Positions 63,050 to 64,000 of a DNA stretch of 64,000 bases are shown here, in pieces; within the stretch, counting starts at the first letter, position 1, and each line of letters opens with the position of its first letter. The stretch lies in assembly GCA_963790345.1 (NCBI GenBank), contig CAWBOD010000011.1, positions 227,681 through 291,680 of the forward strand, read 5' to 3'. Origin of the DNA: an uncultured Acidimicrobiia bacterium (GTDB lineage Bacteria; Actinomycetota; Acidimicrobiia; Spongiisociales; ZC4RG35). Made by a program: the position numbers and the translations under genes. Under the pieces are notes generated by a model. That model saw only the letters and a program-made list of their open reading frames with translations, had not been told where the DNA came from and did not search any database.

Positions 63050-63409
63050 CTAGCCGATCAACGTCGCCGCCACCGCGGCCACTGCAAACGCCAGGAGCCA
63101 GGAGGCCAAGGATCCCACCAATACGTATTCGGGCGAGATCTCGCTGTTGACGCCCGTTATCTCCGGAAATCGCAAAAGGCTCTTGGCGGCGGCCACCAGC
63201 CCGGCCGCACCGGGCTCCCCCATCAACACGAGGATGTAGATCAACAGGCGCTCCATGCCGCCGATCCACCTACCTGCCCCGGCTGCGGCCGGGAGCGCCA
63301 CCCCCCGGGCCTTTCTGAGGATCCAGCGAACCGCGAAGTTGGCCGGGGTGAGCAGCAGGGCGGCACCGATCACGACGACGAGCAGATCGAAGAGATCGTT
63401 GATGTTCAT
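63050..63409 (-). CDS. small membrane protein (DUF3307-like guess) downstream of satD
   Basis: 119 aa with 3-4 hydrophobic helices. The start codon sits in the last copy of a 14-bp tandem repeat. Confidence 0.55.
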   Translation of the reverse strand: MNINDLFDLLVVVIGAALLLTPANFAVRWILRKARGVALPAAAGAGRWIGGMERLLIYILVLMGEPGAAGLVAAAKSLLRFPEITGVNSEISPEYVLVGSLASWLLAFAVAAVAATLIG

Positions 63410-63440
63410 GCGTTGATGTTCATGCGTTGATGTTCATGCG
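63399..63440. repeat. 3 x 14 bp tandem repeat covering a start codon
   Basis: GTTGATGTTCATGC occurs at 63399, 63413 and 63427 (minus strand GCATGAACATCAAC x3), followed by a degenerate GATGCTCATGC. Confidence 0.9.
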
Positions 63441-63444
63441 ATGC

Positions 63445-64000
63445 TCATGCCAATGCTCGCGCGGAGCGCAGAAGGGCAGCGAGGCCGTGATTCTGCACCC
63501 TCCGGCTGATCGAGCTCTTGTTGACGCCCAACCGGATGGCCGCTTCTTGCTGCGTCGCACCACCGATCAGCAGCCTCAGAATCGTGGCATCGTCCTTGTC
63601 CATGCCGGCGAGGACCTGATCGCGCAGCACCAGGATGGCGTTGAACATCGACTCCTGGGCGTTACCGGTCCGACAAACGGTGCGCAGCGAGTTGGGCTCC
63701 CGGTTGGACCGTTCCGTCCGAGCCAGCTCCTCGAGGGCTTCACGCGCCCGCCACCAGCAAGGCCCGTCCTGTCCGAATGGGGTGCGACTCGGATCCTGAG
63801 TTCGCAAGGCTCCCCACCCGATGCCGATCCTCAACTCGATCTGGTCCACAACCTCCAACCTGAGTCGGAAACAAGCCTCCATGGCCTCGGGCACCGTCCC
63901 GTACATTCCTTGGAACTCATCTCCCAGGGTCGGGGTGAGGGCTTGGACCGGCTTCATGACGCGGTTGACTTCCGCCAGGGCTTTGTCGAGGCGCTGCTGC
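63445..64000 (-). CDS. satD: SatD-family protein with C-terminal HTH, 5' end beyond window
   Basis: TLGDEFQGMY, RIGIGWG and the C-terminal QQEAAIRLGVNKSSISRRV HTH. The frame stays open upstream of ATG 63957 (…QQRLDKALAEVNRV) to the window edge. Confidence 0.65.
   Translation of the reverse strand, partial: QQRLDKALAEVNRVMKPVQALTPTLGDEFQGMYGTVPEAMEACFRLRLEVVDQIELRIGIGWGALRTQDPSRTPFGQDGPCWWRAREALEELARTERSNREPNSLRTVCRTGNAQESMFNAILVLRDQVLAGMDKDDATILRLLIGGATQQEAAIRLGVNKSSISRRVQNHGLAALLRSARALA

Overview
High-GC, Actinomycetota-like chromosomal window; the taxonomy is inferred from a mycothiol-type DinB enzyme, a DUF222-HNH gene, SLH domains and codon bias. I support about 58 protein genes plus one riboswitch, three hairpin terminators and several tandem repeats. 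No rRNA, tRNA or CRISPR array was found.

Gene content, left to right:
- Central and lipid metabolism: pfk, thiN, fadE-like, fadD, CoA-transferase III, SDRs, malQ, tam, rhodanese, sufE.
- A Calx-beta repeat protein.
- murI followed by menaquinone genes (menF, menD, menC, cytochrome c).
- A compatible-solute pair: manC and a GT78 mannosylglycerate synthase.
- A tiny AKKA-repeat histone-like gene, followed by a perfect 20-bp hairpin and a 10 x ~30-bp tandem array.
- gcvP with a glycine riboswitch, then ychF, gpsA and maoC.
- A minus-strand herA-sbcD(mre11)-sbcC(rad50)-nurA-like cluster.
- A DUF222-HNH gene, an AlkZ/YcaQ-like gene with a 365-bp internal tandem duplication, and two paralogous membrane proteins.
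- UMF1 transporters, a CoA-disulfide-reductase-like gene run together with a thermonuclease lipoprotein, a LEA-like protein, aspC, a Zn-ADH, a Ser/Thr kinase and satD.

Dominant caveat: more than 45 apparent 1-nt frameshifts, many at G/C homopolymers. They are strongly clustered at 15.6-21.9 kb, 39-44.5 kb and 48.3-53.4 kb. After frame correction the proteins look well conserved, and I saw no in-frame nonsense substitutions. I therefore suspect consensus or assembly error rather than old pseudogenes, but the sequence as given is disrupted. All coordinates and frameshift positions were derived by hand translation.
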